This document shows positions 9,936 to 18,264 of a stretch of DNA of 64,000 nucleotides, one piece after another. Position 1 is the stretch's first letter. Each line of letters opens with the position of its first letter. The stretch is from Nanobdellota archaeon (GTDB lineage: Archaea; Nanobdellota; Nanobdellia; Pacearchaeales; GW2011-AR1), in the NCBI GenBank assembly GCA_038045945.1, contig JBBSXC010000003.1, forward strand, positions 21,859 to 85,858, read 5' to 3'. A model generated the notes under the pieces. The model had not been told where the DNA came from, made no database searches, and saw nothing but the letters and a program-made list of their open reading frames with translations. The position numbers were made by a program, and so were the translations under genes.

Positions 9936-10362
9936 CCCTTAAGAGCATCTCAAGCATTTGTATAGTTACTCTTTCATCATTCAAAGCACGACCGCCTAAA
10001 GAAACAACATGGTTCCTAGCTCCACTAACTCCTGAGTTTAGAACAAATTTATCTTTGGGAACTCTTGACATTATATAATAATAACCATCGTTTAGTCCAT
10101 CGCAAAAATAAATATCTGCCTGAAGAATTTCATGAGTTAAAATGTCTCTGTCATCTATAGCATGGATCCTCTTTGGGTCGTACTTGCTATCTCTAACATC
10201 TTCATCAAATTCTGCCTTAAAATCATCCCAAGATTCTAAGCCATCAAAAGAAGTCTTAACGATTATTGCTCTAGTCTCTGGAATAGTAATTAATTCGCCA
10301 TACCTAGAAGAGAAATCACTAAAAGAATCCTCATAAATAACAATTTTAGGAGAAGAAGTCAT
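9922..10362 (-). CDS. Receiver-like (CheY-fold-like) protein, paralog A (operon gene 4)
   Basis: MTSSPKIVIYED (a beta1 strand ending in an acidic pair). QADIYFCDGLNDG sits where a receiver phospho-Asp would be. KFVLNSGVSG is a hydroxyl-bearing beta4. The conserved Lys is missing. This is a motif-level call only. Confidence 0.35.
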   Translation of the reverse strand: MTSSPKIVIYEDSFSDFSSRYGELITIPETRAIIVKTSFDGLESWDDFKAEFDEDVRDSKYDPKRIHAIDDRDILTHEILQADIYFCDGLNDGYYYIMSRVPKDKFVLNSGVSGARNHVVSLGGRALNDERVTIQMLEMLLRGDFR

Positions 10363-10772
10363 ATTTTTTCTCCCCTAAGTAATTTTTCTAGAAATCCTTG
10401 TGTTATCTCGATTCCTGAGTATGCTCTAACATTCTTTTTTTCAGCTAAGTATCGTATATCGTTATCTCCGGTGTTAAGAACTAATTTTTTATTATCGATC
10501 CTATCCATTAATGTTAATGCTTTTCCAACAAGTCCATCAGAAAAATAAATATCCGCTTGTTGGATATCATGAGAGTTTACTTCCTCGCGGCTAAGGGGAT
10601 TAAAAGTTGTTAGTGGATAATTTGCTTCAACAAATCTTCTAACCTTTGCAGGATCATCTAAGAATTCAACAAAGAAAACATTTACAGGCATAACTTTAAG
10701 AATTTCACCATAACGATCTCTCAATGAAGGCCATTCGTCTTCATAAATAACAATTTTTGGAGAAGAAGTCAT
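10359..10772 (-). CDS. Receiver-like protein, paralog B (operon gene 3), tandem duplicate of the previous gene
   Basis: Shares MTSSPKIVIYED, QADIYFSDGL and KLVLNTGDND with paralog A. Confidence 0.35.
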   Translation of the reverse strand: MTSSPKIVIYEDEWPSLRDRYGEILKVMPVNVFFVEFLDDPAKVRRFVEANYPLTTFNPLSREEVNSHDIQQADIYFSDGLVGKALTLMDRIDNKKLVLNTGDNDIRYLAEKKNVRAYSGIEITQGFLEKLLRGEKI

Positions 10773-10774
10773 AA

Positions 10775-11275
10775 CTAATCTTTCCTCCTTTCGTAAGAAG
10801 ACTCAATACCTAATTTGTGTCTGACCTGAGAAACAACACGCCTACCAACATCATAGCCAAGTGAAGCAAGATAAGAAGCAATATCCCTATCACTAAAAGG
10901 AGCATTACTATCCTCGCTATCAATGTAAGATTTAACTTCATCAAAGACGTATTGGGGAATCTTGTTTCTTTCTCTCTCACTACTAGCTAATATTTCAGCA
11001 TTCTTAACAACATCCTCAATACTACAAGAAATAGGAGGAGAAAGACGAAGATTTTGAAGAAAACCTGTATAGGGTTTACCACCACTACCGCCCAATAAAT
11101 CAAGTTGCAACTTAGAGCGATCATAAACATTAGATCTATCATAAACTTTAGGAAGATCAGCACCACGAGAATAATTAGACTTAGCACTAGGAGGCGGAGA
11201 TGGGCTCTTATAACCGGGTCTGCCAGGAATATTCAACCTTTTCTTACGACCGCGAAACTTACCAGGCTTAGCCAT
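10775..11275 (-). CDS. Gly/Pro/Ser-rich protein with a C-terminal HTH resembling sigma-70 region 4 (operon gene 2)
   Basis: The N-terminus is low complexity (PGRPGYKSPSPPPSAK). The C-terminus SDRDIASYLASLGYDVGRRVVSQVRHKLGI matches the helix-turn-helix pattern of sigma region 4.2 and LuxR-type proteins. Confidence 0.35.
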   Translation of the reverse strand: MAKPGKFRGRKKRLNIPGRPGYKSPSPPPSAKSNYSRGADLPKVYDRSNVYDRSKLQLDLLGGSGGKPYTGFLQNLRLSPPISCSIEDVVKNAEILASSERERNKIPQYVFDEVKSYIDSEDSNAPFSDRDIASYLASLGYDVGRRVVSQVRHKLGIESSYERRKD

Positions 11276-11277
11276 GA

Positions 11278-12576
11278 CTAACTATACCCCCTAGAACTTT
11301 TCTCAAAAGATTTCTTAGCCCTCTGGTATAATACTGAATTGCCAAATTCTCCATCAAGAAATCTTTCCTCACGAGGATCATGCAAAGGAGTACCCTTACT
11401 CAACTCAACAAACGCAAGTCTTTGATAAGGAGTATCACAAGATTCACGCATCTCAGAAAGATGTTTGTGTTTCCCAGAAAGCTTGAACATAGCTGAGTGA
11501 TAATGAAAATCACTCCAATAAAATTCGCCATCAGAAACATCCGATTTACTAAAAGAAGAAAGAATCTTAAAAATTTTTCTTCTACCAAATACTTTAGCAA
11601 GAGGCTGAGCATGATCAATATAGAAAGCCGCAAGCTTCATAGCAGAAGAATCAGAAAACATGTGAGAAGCACTAACAAAGAGACATTCAGCTTTCAAAGG
11701 ATCACTCTTAACAAGTAATTCGGCCTGATCAGCAACAGCTCTGGCTAGAGCGGGATAATGATAAAGAGCATCACCCAGATGAGACTGGACACCGGTTAAA
11801 TGAAACATGGTGTGATGGAAAGAAGAATCGCCGCCACCAATCCTCTTGAAAGCCTCAATACTTTTAATATAAGAATCATCATCAAAAGAAGCTTCAGCAA
11901 TAAAAGAACTAAGAAGGTGAAGAGACCTGTTATCAGGCCAAAGAGTAAGACCCTTATCAGTCAATTCTCTAGCCTTGCCAAGATGGCCATCATGAGTAGC
12001 ATCAGAAGCAATACTCTGAATAACGCAACTAAGACCTTGAGAGTAAGAAATCCTAACTTCTCTTTCACATTTAGAAGGCTCCCAATCAGCAGCAGTACAC
12101 TCGATTGGAAAACGATCAACATCAAGAATCATGTGTTCAAGAGAAGCATACTTACCTAGAGGAGACTTCTTTTGACTAGTAGCAAGCTCAAAATGACCCA
12201 TTTCGCCTTCAACTTCAACATCAGAACAAGCATCCTTAACGCCAGTTTGACACCTAAAACCAGCGCTGTAACCCTTGAGATACATGATACTCGCAATTAA
12301 GAAAGGAAGACCAACACAGTTCCCACCCTTGCGAGAAAGAACATCTTGAGGCCTGAAAGTTTCAGGAACGTATACAAAACCACTTCTTCTAAGGTCTCTC
12401 TTAATATCAAGAGCAGCGACTTTAGGATCAGAATCAACACTAATAGAATCAGCAAGAAATTTCATTTCTCTAAGAGTCCTATCATCCGCACCACAAACCT
12501 CTAAGTAAGAAGAAACTTCAGCACTAGTCCTATCTCCTTGAAGTGCAGTTAGTGGTAAATCTAAAACATCAGTCAT
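11278..12576 (-). CDS. Transglutaminase-like (papain-fold) protein (operon gene 1)
   Basis: 432 aa. SRKGGNCVGLPFLIASIMYLKGYSAGFR matches the transglutaminase-core catalytic Cys motif (G.C..fA.l..al.R..GiPaR). Candidate His follows in GEMGHFELATS. TATA-like element lies in the 12577-12697 divergent region. Confidence 0.45.
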   Translation of the reverse strand: MTDVLDLPLTALQGDRTSAEVSSYLEVCGADDRTLREMKFLADSISVDSDPKVAALDIKRDLRRSGFVYVPETFRPQDVLSRKGGNCVGLPFLIASIMYLKGYSAGFRCQTGVKDACSDVEVEGEMGHFELATSQKKSPLGKYASLEHMILDVDRFPIECTAADWEPSKCEREVRISYSQGLSCVIQSIASDATHDGHLGKARELTDKGLTLWPDNRSLHLLSSFIAEASFDDDSYIKSIEAFKRIGGGDSSFHHTMFHLTGVQSHLGDALYHYPALARAVADQAELLVKSDPLKAECLFVSASHMFSDSSAMKLAAFYIDHAQPLAKVFGRRKIFKILSSFSKSDVSDGEFYWSDFHYHSAMFKLSGKHKHLSEMRESCDTPYQRLAFVELSKGTPLHDPREERFLDGEFGNSVLYQRAKKSFEKSSRGYS

Positions 12577-12629
12577 ATTTCATACTCCATTATTAACTTA
12601 GGAGTAGTGAATACGCTTGTAATATCTAA

Positions 12630-12657
12630 CTGATATTAATGATATGACTGATATTAA
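12630..12657. promoter_or_regulatory. Direct repeat 'ctgatattaa' x2 at 12630-12639 and 12648-12657, a candidate operator in the divergent promoter region
   Basis: Two exact 10-nt copies 8 nt apart sit between the operon start at 12576 and the AbrB-PhoU-like gene start at 12698. 'gttaaaaatagc' lies about 24 nt upstream of the 12698 ATG. Confidence 0.3.
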
Positions 12658-12697
12658 AAAGCGAAAGAGTTAAAAATAGCAAAATCTAGTAGTTTTT

Positions 12698-13615
12698 ATG
12701 GAAGAAAGGAAATTAATTAAGCAAGGTGGAGGTGGATTGACTATTTACCTGCCTAAGAAGTGGGTTGACAGAAGGGGGCTGAAGAACGGGGACAATGTTA
12801 GAGTCCTAGAAACAGACACCTCCCTAATAATTGAGGGTGACATTAATACCAAGAATGAAATAAAAATTGATATTAACGAATCAAACATTCACGACTTAAG
12901 ACACCTGCTTACTCATGCTTACCGTAGGGGTTTTAGCAAAATAATCATTAGTTATAACAAGCCGCAAGAAATAATTAAAGAAACAAAAAAAGTAACTAGT
13001 AACGTGCTTTTAGGATTCGAAGTAACAAGCATTGAACAAAAAAGCATCATTATAGAAAACATTTCTGAACCTAGTGAAGAAAAATTTGATGTAATGCTCC
13101 AAAAAGTATTCTTAGTAATATCAGAAACTAATGAAGTATTATTAAAAGATTTTACTAACGGGAAGTTTTCCAGCATTGACGAAATTAAAGAATTAAGAGA
13201 CCAAGGTGACAAATTCATAATATTCTGCAAAAGACTCATCACTAAGAACAGAAATGATAAAAACAGCCTCCTTGAATGGGAATTCATGACATTCCTTATG
13301 GACATCCACCACAATTACTATTATTTGTACCACTACGCTCATGATAACAAAATTAAGACTAACAAGAACTTCTCTCAATTAATAAAAGACTTAGGACTAT
13401 ACTTTAGTGATTTAAGAAGCGCTTACCTGAAGAGGGATGTATCAATAGTTCACAGAATTAATGAACAAAAAAAGAAATATCACTTTGGTGAAATAATTAA
13501 GCTATTAGAAAAATCGCGAGGGGAAGAAAACATTATCTATTCATACATTAGAGAAATATTTCGTTCAATCCAATTATCAACTAGTCCTATAATGTCAATG
13601 AGTTTGGGATACTAA
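12698..13615 (+). CDS. AbrB/SpoVT N-terminal domain fused to a helical PhoU-like domain (archaeal-type regulator), copy 1
   Basis: MEERKLIKQGGGGLTIYLPKKWVDRRGLKNGDNVRVLETD is a swapped-hairpin AbrB-type motif. The helical C-terminal domain is about 220 aa. Paralogous to 18265..19140. Confidence 0.5.
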   Translation: MEERKLIKQGGGGLTIYLPKKWVDRRGLKNGDNVRVLETDTSLIIEGDINTKNEIKIDINESNIHDLRHLLTHAYRRGFSKIIISYNKPQEIIKETKKVTSNVLLGFEVTSIEQKSIIIENISEPSEEKFDVMLQKVFLVISETNEVLLKDFTNGKFSSIDEIKELRDQGDKFIIFCKRLITKNRNDKNSLLEWEFMTFLMDIHHNYYYLYHYAHDNKIKTNKNFSQLIKDLGLYFSDLRSAYLKRDVSIVHRINEQKKKYHFGEIIKLLEKSRGEENIIYSYIREIFRSIQLSTSPIMSMSLGY

Positions 13616-13627
13616 ATTATTTGTTTC

Positions 13628-15187
13628 TTAATCTTTCTCTCTTCTTTCTTTTATCACTCTATCAGCAGTTCCTTCTCCCTGTTCCTTGTCAAGACTTTGT
13701 TTAGCGTCATAAAGATTTTTTGCTAATTCCCATCTGTCATGAACTCTATCGCCGGAAGTATGAAATTGTGGTCTCATCCAGTTATCAACATAGTTATATG
13801 TTATTTGAAGAACTTTACTCTCGATATCATCTGGGTCCTTTCCTTCTGCTGACATTTCAAGTAGTTTGGTTTTTACGCTTTCATAATCTGTTCTTCCTCC
13901 AGCTCTAACTACTGCTTCATAAGTTACGTCTGGGTTTAGATAAGCTGCAATTGCCGTTTTTTCATCACCTAATTTTTCAACCCACGCTCTAAAATCATAA
14001 GCTTCAGTTATTTCTCCTGCACCTAAATTCAATGCTTCAGCATCTAAGACTTTTTTGCCTTGAAGTGCAACACGAATGATTTTTTCTTTACGCTCATAAC
14101 TCAAATCTTTTTTATTTGAGTCTACTTTTTGAGCAAGACTATCCTTCTCTTGATTCAATGAAGTTACCTCGTTACGAATAGCAGCAAATCCTAAAGCTAC
14201 AGCAGTCAAAGCACCATTTATCAAGAACCATCTCTTAGCCCGTGCACGAGGCTTTGATGATTCATACCTCTTCATTGCTTTACTAAATTCTTCTTCAAGT
14301 GATTCTCCATCCTTGTATCTATCTGATGGGTCATAAGCTAAACACTTCCTCAAAAACGGTCTTAGAGGTTTAGGAATGTTTGATAATGAATCTTCAATCA
14401 TACCTTTATATTCCTGAAGACCAATATTTCTCATTGATTCAATTGGATCTTTAGAATTTTCTAACCTTTTTTCTGTAGGGTACTTACCACTAAGCAGCTT
14501 GACTGCTAGAGAACCAACTGACCAAACATCTGACTGAGTTGTTGGGTGAGAATTATCAGCAAATACTTCTGGAGCTCTGATAGCTACATGACCAATATTG
14601 TCTCTTGGGCTCTCACTCCAATCTTCTGGACTAACTGTTGTAGCAGTACCTGTATCGGCAATAACTAATCTTGTTCGACTACTGCCAGCCGGATCATAAG
14701 ACATTATGTTATCAGAATTTAAGTCTCCATGAACTCTAGAGAAATCTGTGTGTAACTCCTTTACTCCATGAACTATGTCCTCTAGCCCTAAAAGGATGGT
14801 TTCTGTTCTCTTGCTTCCTTTAAGGTAATGGTTCCAGTATTCTTCCCAATTCCTTAGAGTACTATGACATTGAGGCATCCAAATAAATGGTTTACCATCA
14901 AGGTCTTTGAATGGAACTGATGGAAGAACGTTACGTGCTGGAGCAAATCTTGATTCTCTAATTAAGACATCAGTCTCATTAATGTTTCTATGAACTCTTT
15001 GCTTTTTAGCAATTTCTGATGGAGAAAAAACCTTTATTGCCCCGTGCTGACCACTAATAACATCAAAAGCAGCATAGACTGCTCCATTACTTCCTCTCCC
15101 CAACTCTTGATAATTAACAAATCTGTCAGAACGAATAACATCCTCATGACCATCACTCCTCTTAGGGATACTACTACTAGAACTCAT
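13628..15187 (-). CDS. Membrane-spanning Hanks-type Ser/Thr protein kinase, copy 1
   Basis: Glycine loop and VAIK-equivalent GRGSNGAVYAAFD...AIKVF. Catalytic loop VHGDLNSDNIM. DFG-like IADTGTA. RAPEVF...DVWSVG matches the APE and DxWSxG subdomains. One TM helix WFLINGALTAVALGFAAI, then a C-terminal domain of about 180 aa. Confidence 0.7.
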   Translation of the reverse strand: MSSSSSIPKRSDGHEDVIRSDRFVNYQELGRGSNGAVYAAFDVISGQHGAIKVFSPSEIAKKQRVHRNINETDVLIRESRFAPARNVLPSVPFKDLDGKPFIWMPQCHSTLRNWEEYWNHYLKGSKRTETILLGLEDIVHGVKELHTDFSRVHGDLNSDNIMSYDPAGSSRTRLVIADTGTATTVSPEDWSESPRDNIGHVAIRAPEVFADNSHPTTQSDVWSVGSLAVKLLSGKYPTEKRLENSKDPIESMRNIGLQEYKGMIEDSLSNIPKPLRPFLRKCLAYDPSDRYKDGESLEEEFSKAMKRYESSKPRARAKRWFLINGALTAVALGFAAIRNEVTSLNQEKDSLAQKVDSNKKDLSYERKEKIIRVALQGKKVLDAEALNLGAGEITEAYDFRAWVEKLGDEKTAIAAYLNPDVTYEAVVRAGGRTDYESVKTKLLEMSAEGKDPDDIESKVLQITYNYVDNWMRPQFHTSGDRVHDRWELAKNLYDAKQSLDKEQGEGTADRVIKERREKD

Positions 15188-15342
15188 TCTAAAACCTCCA
15201 CTATTGGTTCATCAATAATATCAATAGAAAGCCTAACTATGGTGCCTGGTTTAAGTTTTCCCTCAATTGATCGAGGAATAACAATTATAGATTGAGAACC
15301 ATGCTTAGCAATACGCTTAGTAAGAGAAAATTTCTTAGTCAT
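15184..15342 (-). CDS. AbrB/MazE-like swapped-hairpin protein, 52 aa, translationally coupled to kinase 1
   Basis: MTKKFSLTKRIAKHGSQSIIVIPRSIEGKLKPGTIVRLSIDII. Its stop overlaps the kinase ATG (ATGA). 'ctttatatag' lies about 30 nt upstream of its ATG on the - strand. The 73 aa start in the track would run through that TATA element. Confidence 0.45.
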   Translation of the reverse strand: MTKKFSLTKRIAKHGSQSIIVIPRSIEGKLKPGTIVRLSIDIIDEPIVEVLE

Positions 15343-15459
15343 TTTATGTATAAAATACATAAAGAAAAAGACTATATAAAGCTTACGAAGTAGTGTAACT
15401 AACAAGTGGTAATAATGTCTAGAAAAAGCCTTAAATATAAGTAATCCCTAAAGATTACT

Positions 15460-15696
15460 ATGAAGACTATTACTATAAAGCTTCCTGAGAGAGAAGCTGA
15501 AGAGCTTGAATTATTTGTTAAGTCTAGCGGTTATCCTTCGAAATCGGAATTTATTAGACACTTAATAGTTGGTAAGATGGGTTTAGAAAGAAAAGAAAAG
15601 CTCGGATGGATGATGCTTGGCCAAAAAGCTTTAGCTAAAAGATGGAATAATCCTAAAGATGATAAGGTATGGAGCAGTTATATAAAAAATGATTAA
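15460..15696 (+). CDS. Ribbon-helix-helix (CopG-like) antitoxin
   Basis: ITIKLPEREAEELELFVKSSGYPSKSEFIRHLI is a typical RHH beta-alpha-alpha fold. Overlaps the downstream toxin gene by 8 nt. Confidence 0.55.
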   Translation: MKTITIKLPEREAEELELFVKSSGYPSKSEFIRHLIVGKMGLERKEKLGWMMLGQKALAKRWNNPKDDKVWSSYIKND

Positions 15697-16030
15697 TCAA
15701 GGAGACTTATTATTGGCGCCTTTTCCCTTTTCAGATCAGTCTGGAAGAAAAGTAAGGCCTGTAATTGTTATTAGTAATGACAAATATAACTCTCATCATG
15801 ATGATATAGTTGCAGTTGGTGTAACGTCTAACGTTTTCAAAAATCCATACTACATTGATTTCACCAATGCTGACTTAGACTTTGGTAATCTAGTAACTGT
15901 TTGCTCAATAATGGCTGATAGTCTAACACTGCTTGATAAAGAATTGATTACTAAAAGAATCGGTAAAGTTAACAAGAACAAAATGAAAACAGTTTTTGAT
16001 AAAGTTGTTGAAATAATAAAAACTAAATAA
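15689..16030 (+). CDS. MazF/PemK-family toxin (endoribonuclease-type)
   Basis: GDLLLAPFPFSDQSGRKVRPVIVIS matches the MazF/PemK N-terminal signature (GdivlvdfPfsd.sg.K.RPalVls). Confidence 0.55.
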   Translation: MINQGDLLLAPFPFSDQSGRKVRPVIVISNDKYNSHHDDIVAVGVTSNVFKNPYYIDFTNADLDFGNLVTVCSIMADSLTLLDKELITKRIGKVNKNKMKTVFDKVVEIIKTK

Positions 16031-16043
16031 ATTTAGTCATCTT

Positions 16044-16574
16044 TTAATGATCCCACTCGCCTTTTGATTCCTGAGTGGGTTTTTCTTTTATTATTTCTCT
16101 GAATCTTATTGCTCCTTCATCATAAATTGCTGATTCTCTTCTTTCAGCAATCTTATAGCTTGCATAACCTAGTAAAGTTAAAGCACCAAATGTTCCCATT
16201 AACGCTTGATGTAGGGGATTATTATCATGTTCTCTTCTATCATTTTTATAAGTAATTACTGATTCTTCTTTAGAAGAAAGATTTATCTCTTGGTCTAATT
16301 TCTTTATGGTTTCATCAAATTTGGCTGCTAATGGTTCTTGATAAATCTTTAATTCTTCTCTAACATTATTCGTTCCTAAAGACCAAAGCTGACTTTGAAG
16401 ACCATTTCTATAATTAACCAACAATCGATAATGATCATAACCCATGGTTTTAGGCCTGTCAGGGCCTCCAAATACCCAAAAACCAAGACTAGAAGCTAAA
16501 CCTAATGATGAAAGAGCAAAAGTAAGACTAGAACAACGCTTAATTCTCTTAACAGAATCTAACCGAGAAGTCAT
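16044..16574 (-). CDS. Membrane protein, unknown function
   Basis: 176 aa. TM helices LTFALSSLGLASSLGFWVF and LMGTFGALTLLGYASY. 4-nt overlap with the upstream gene. Confidence 0.4.
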   Translation of the reverse strand: MTSRLDSVKRIKRCSSLTFALSSLGLASSLGFWVFGGPDRPKTMGYDHYRLLVNYRNGLQSQLWSLGTNNVREELKIYQEPLAAKFDETIKKLDQEINLSSKEESVITYKNDRREHDNNPLHQALMGTFGALTLLGYASYKIAERRESAIYDEGAIRFREIIKEKPTQESKGEWDH

Positions 16575-16888
16575 TTCTTTTTCCTCTCACTCAAAAAAGA
16601 GTTAATTGCCTTAGACAAGTCTGGTTTGTGTGAATCTCTGCTTCTTAATGACTCATAATAATTATCATAAGAAGAAGTGTTACTTCTATAACTTCCACCC
16701 CACTCAAATAATCGCCAATTATCATTATCAACAACAACCAAGTCGGATCTGCCATCGCCATTAAAATCTAAAGAATAAACTTCGCGAGGATCATAATCAG
16801 AAGAATTATTGCCCAGAACGAAACCAGCAGATAAAACGCCTAAAGCACAAGCAGCAAATCCCATCTTTCTTAAATTTTCATCAGACAT
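16571..16888 (-). CDS. Small secreted protein with an FG-GAP-like repeat
   Basis: Signal-like N-terminus MGFAACALGVLSAGFVLG. DFNGDGRSDLVVVDNDNWRLFEW matches the FG-GAP/VCBS calcium-binding repeat. Confidence 0.45.
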   Translation of the reverse strand: MSDENLRKMGFAACALGVLSAGFVLGNNSSDYDPREVYSLDFNGDGRSDLVVVDNDNWRLFEWGGSYRSNTSSYDNYYESLRSRDSHKPDLSKAINSFLSERKKK

Positions 16889-16902
16889 TTTTCTTTTCTC
16901 CT

Positions 16903-18144
16903 TTACTTAAAATTATAAGTTAAGCCAAGCATACCTGAATAAGAATTTTTACCTTCTACAGGCATAGCAGCACGAAGGGCGAAGTCTAAACTAAGACTCT
17001 TATCAGCATTAGTGTAAATTTTAGCTCTTAAATCAGCATTATTAACACTCAAACTCTTATCATTAAGATCAGAATGCCTACCAACTTGTAAAACAACATC
17101 CTTAATCCATGAATCACTAACGCTACCTAAACCAACAGCAACATCGGAGTTAAAGTATCTGCTTGAAGGTTCATCATGATACTTAACGTCAAAACTAATG
17201 CTGCCTAAATTACCACTATTGCTAGCTGAAGCACCAAAGAAATCAATTCTAGAGTCGCCATCACCGATGCCGAAAGGGAAAGTAGCATCACCATCTCCAC
17301 CAAGGAATGGAGTAATGGAGTTGAAAAGAGTGTCCTGAGTACCAACAAGGAAAGCACCACCTGGAGCCTTCTTACCAAAACGAACCCTAGCCTCAAAACC
17401 CTTATTTTGGCCTTGAACAGTATCAAAAACTTTAGCTTGAGTGAGAACTTTGTAACCGTCTATAGCACTATTAGCATCAGACCACTTGTAAGAGAAAGCA
17501 GTGTTAAAAGTATCAGAATCATTAACTCTATGACCGCCAATACCAAAATCAATCTTATTATCATTAAATACTAAAGCATAACCAAAATTACCATCGCTAT
17601 CAGCAGTAACCTGAGGTTTAAACTTATCAACATTAAAACCGATAGCACTAGCAAGTCGGTTCTCAAAAGGTTTAGCATTATCCTGGAATTCAAAATTAAG
17701 GAAGTCAAGAGTACTATCTTTGAATGATTTCTCAAGCATAAGGCGACCATTATCCAAAGATGAATCTAAGAAAGACTGATAACCCGCATTAAAGCGAACA
17801 CCAGTATTAGACTCAGACTTACCAAAAGTTAAGTCAGCACCATAAATATTAGATCCGTTCTCGCCACGATAAGCAACCTTACCTAAATCACTAGAAAGAA
17901 TCTGGTGAGTTTGCAAACCACCATGACCATCAGCATAAGCTCTAGAAGTCAAAACTACAGAATCAACAGCCCTTTCTAAGTCAGACTTAGCTGGAGCATT
18001 ATCTCCGGCTAGAGCACTAGCTCCAAGAGCATAAGGCATCAAGGCAGCAGTTAAAGCTGCAACATTAGCCATTTTCCTTATACTTTTTCTTATTGTTTGT
18101 TTCATTGTATTTTTATCCATCATCTTATGGTCTGTCGTAACCAC
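16903..18144 (-). CDS. Secreted beta-strand-rich protein, possibly surface or porin-like
   Basis: Signal peptide MANVAALTAALMPYALGASALA. Alternating hydrophobic pattern throughout. C-terminus MLGLTYNFK. Confidence 0.45.
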   Translation of the reverse strand: MVTTDHKMMDKNTMKQTIRKSIRKMANVAALTAALMPYALGASALAGDNAPAKSDLERAVDSVVLTSRAYADGHGGLQTHQILSSDLGKVAYRGENGSNIYGADLTFGKSESNTGVRFNAGYQSFLDSSLDNGRLMLEKSFKDSTLDFLNFEFQDNAKPFENRLASAIGFNVDKFKPQVTADSDGNFGYALVFNDNKIDFGIGGHRVNDSDTFNTAFSYKWSDANSAIDGYKVLTQAKVFDTVQGQNKGFEARVRFGKKAPGGAFLVGTQDTLFNSITPFLGGDGDATFPFGIGDGDSRIDFFGASASNSGNLGSISFDVKYHDEPSSRYFNSDVAVGLGSVSDSWIKDVVLQVGRHSDLNDKSLSVNNADLRAKIYTNADKSLSLDFALRAAMPVEGKNSYSGMLGLTYNFK

Positions 18145-18264
18145 TTAATGATAACATAATAGCAGAAATCTTGGGATATAAACATTTTTATTAAACTATA
18201 TAAACTAGTATAAATCTATATATATTTAGGAAAAGCTTAAATATCGGTCTATATTAACAATCAA

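Noticed and set aside
16903-18144. Outer-membrane beta-barrel porin call for the 413 aa secreted protein
   Set aside because: The C-terminus ends in NFK, not an aromatic terminal residue, and the organism may be a single-membrane archaeon. I kept the call at the level of a secreted beta-rich protein.
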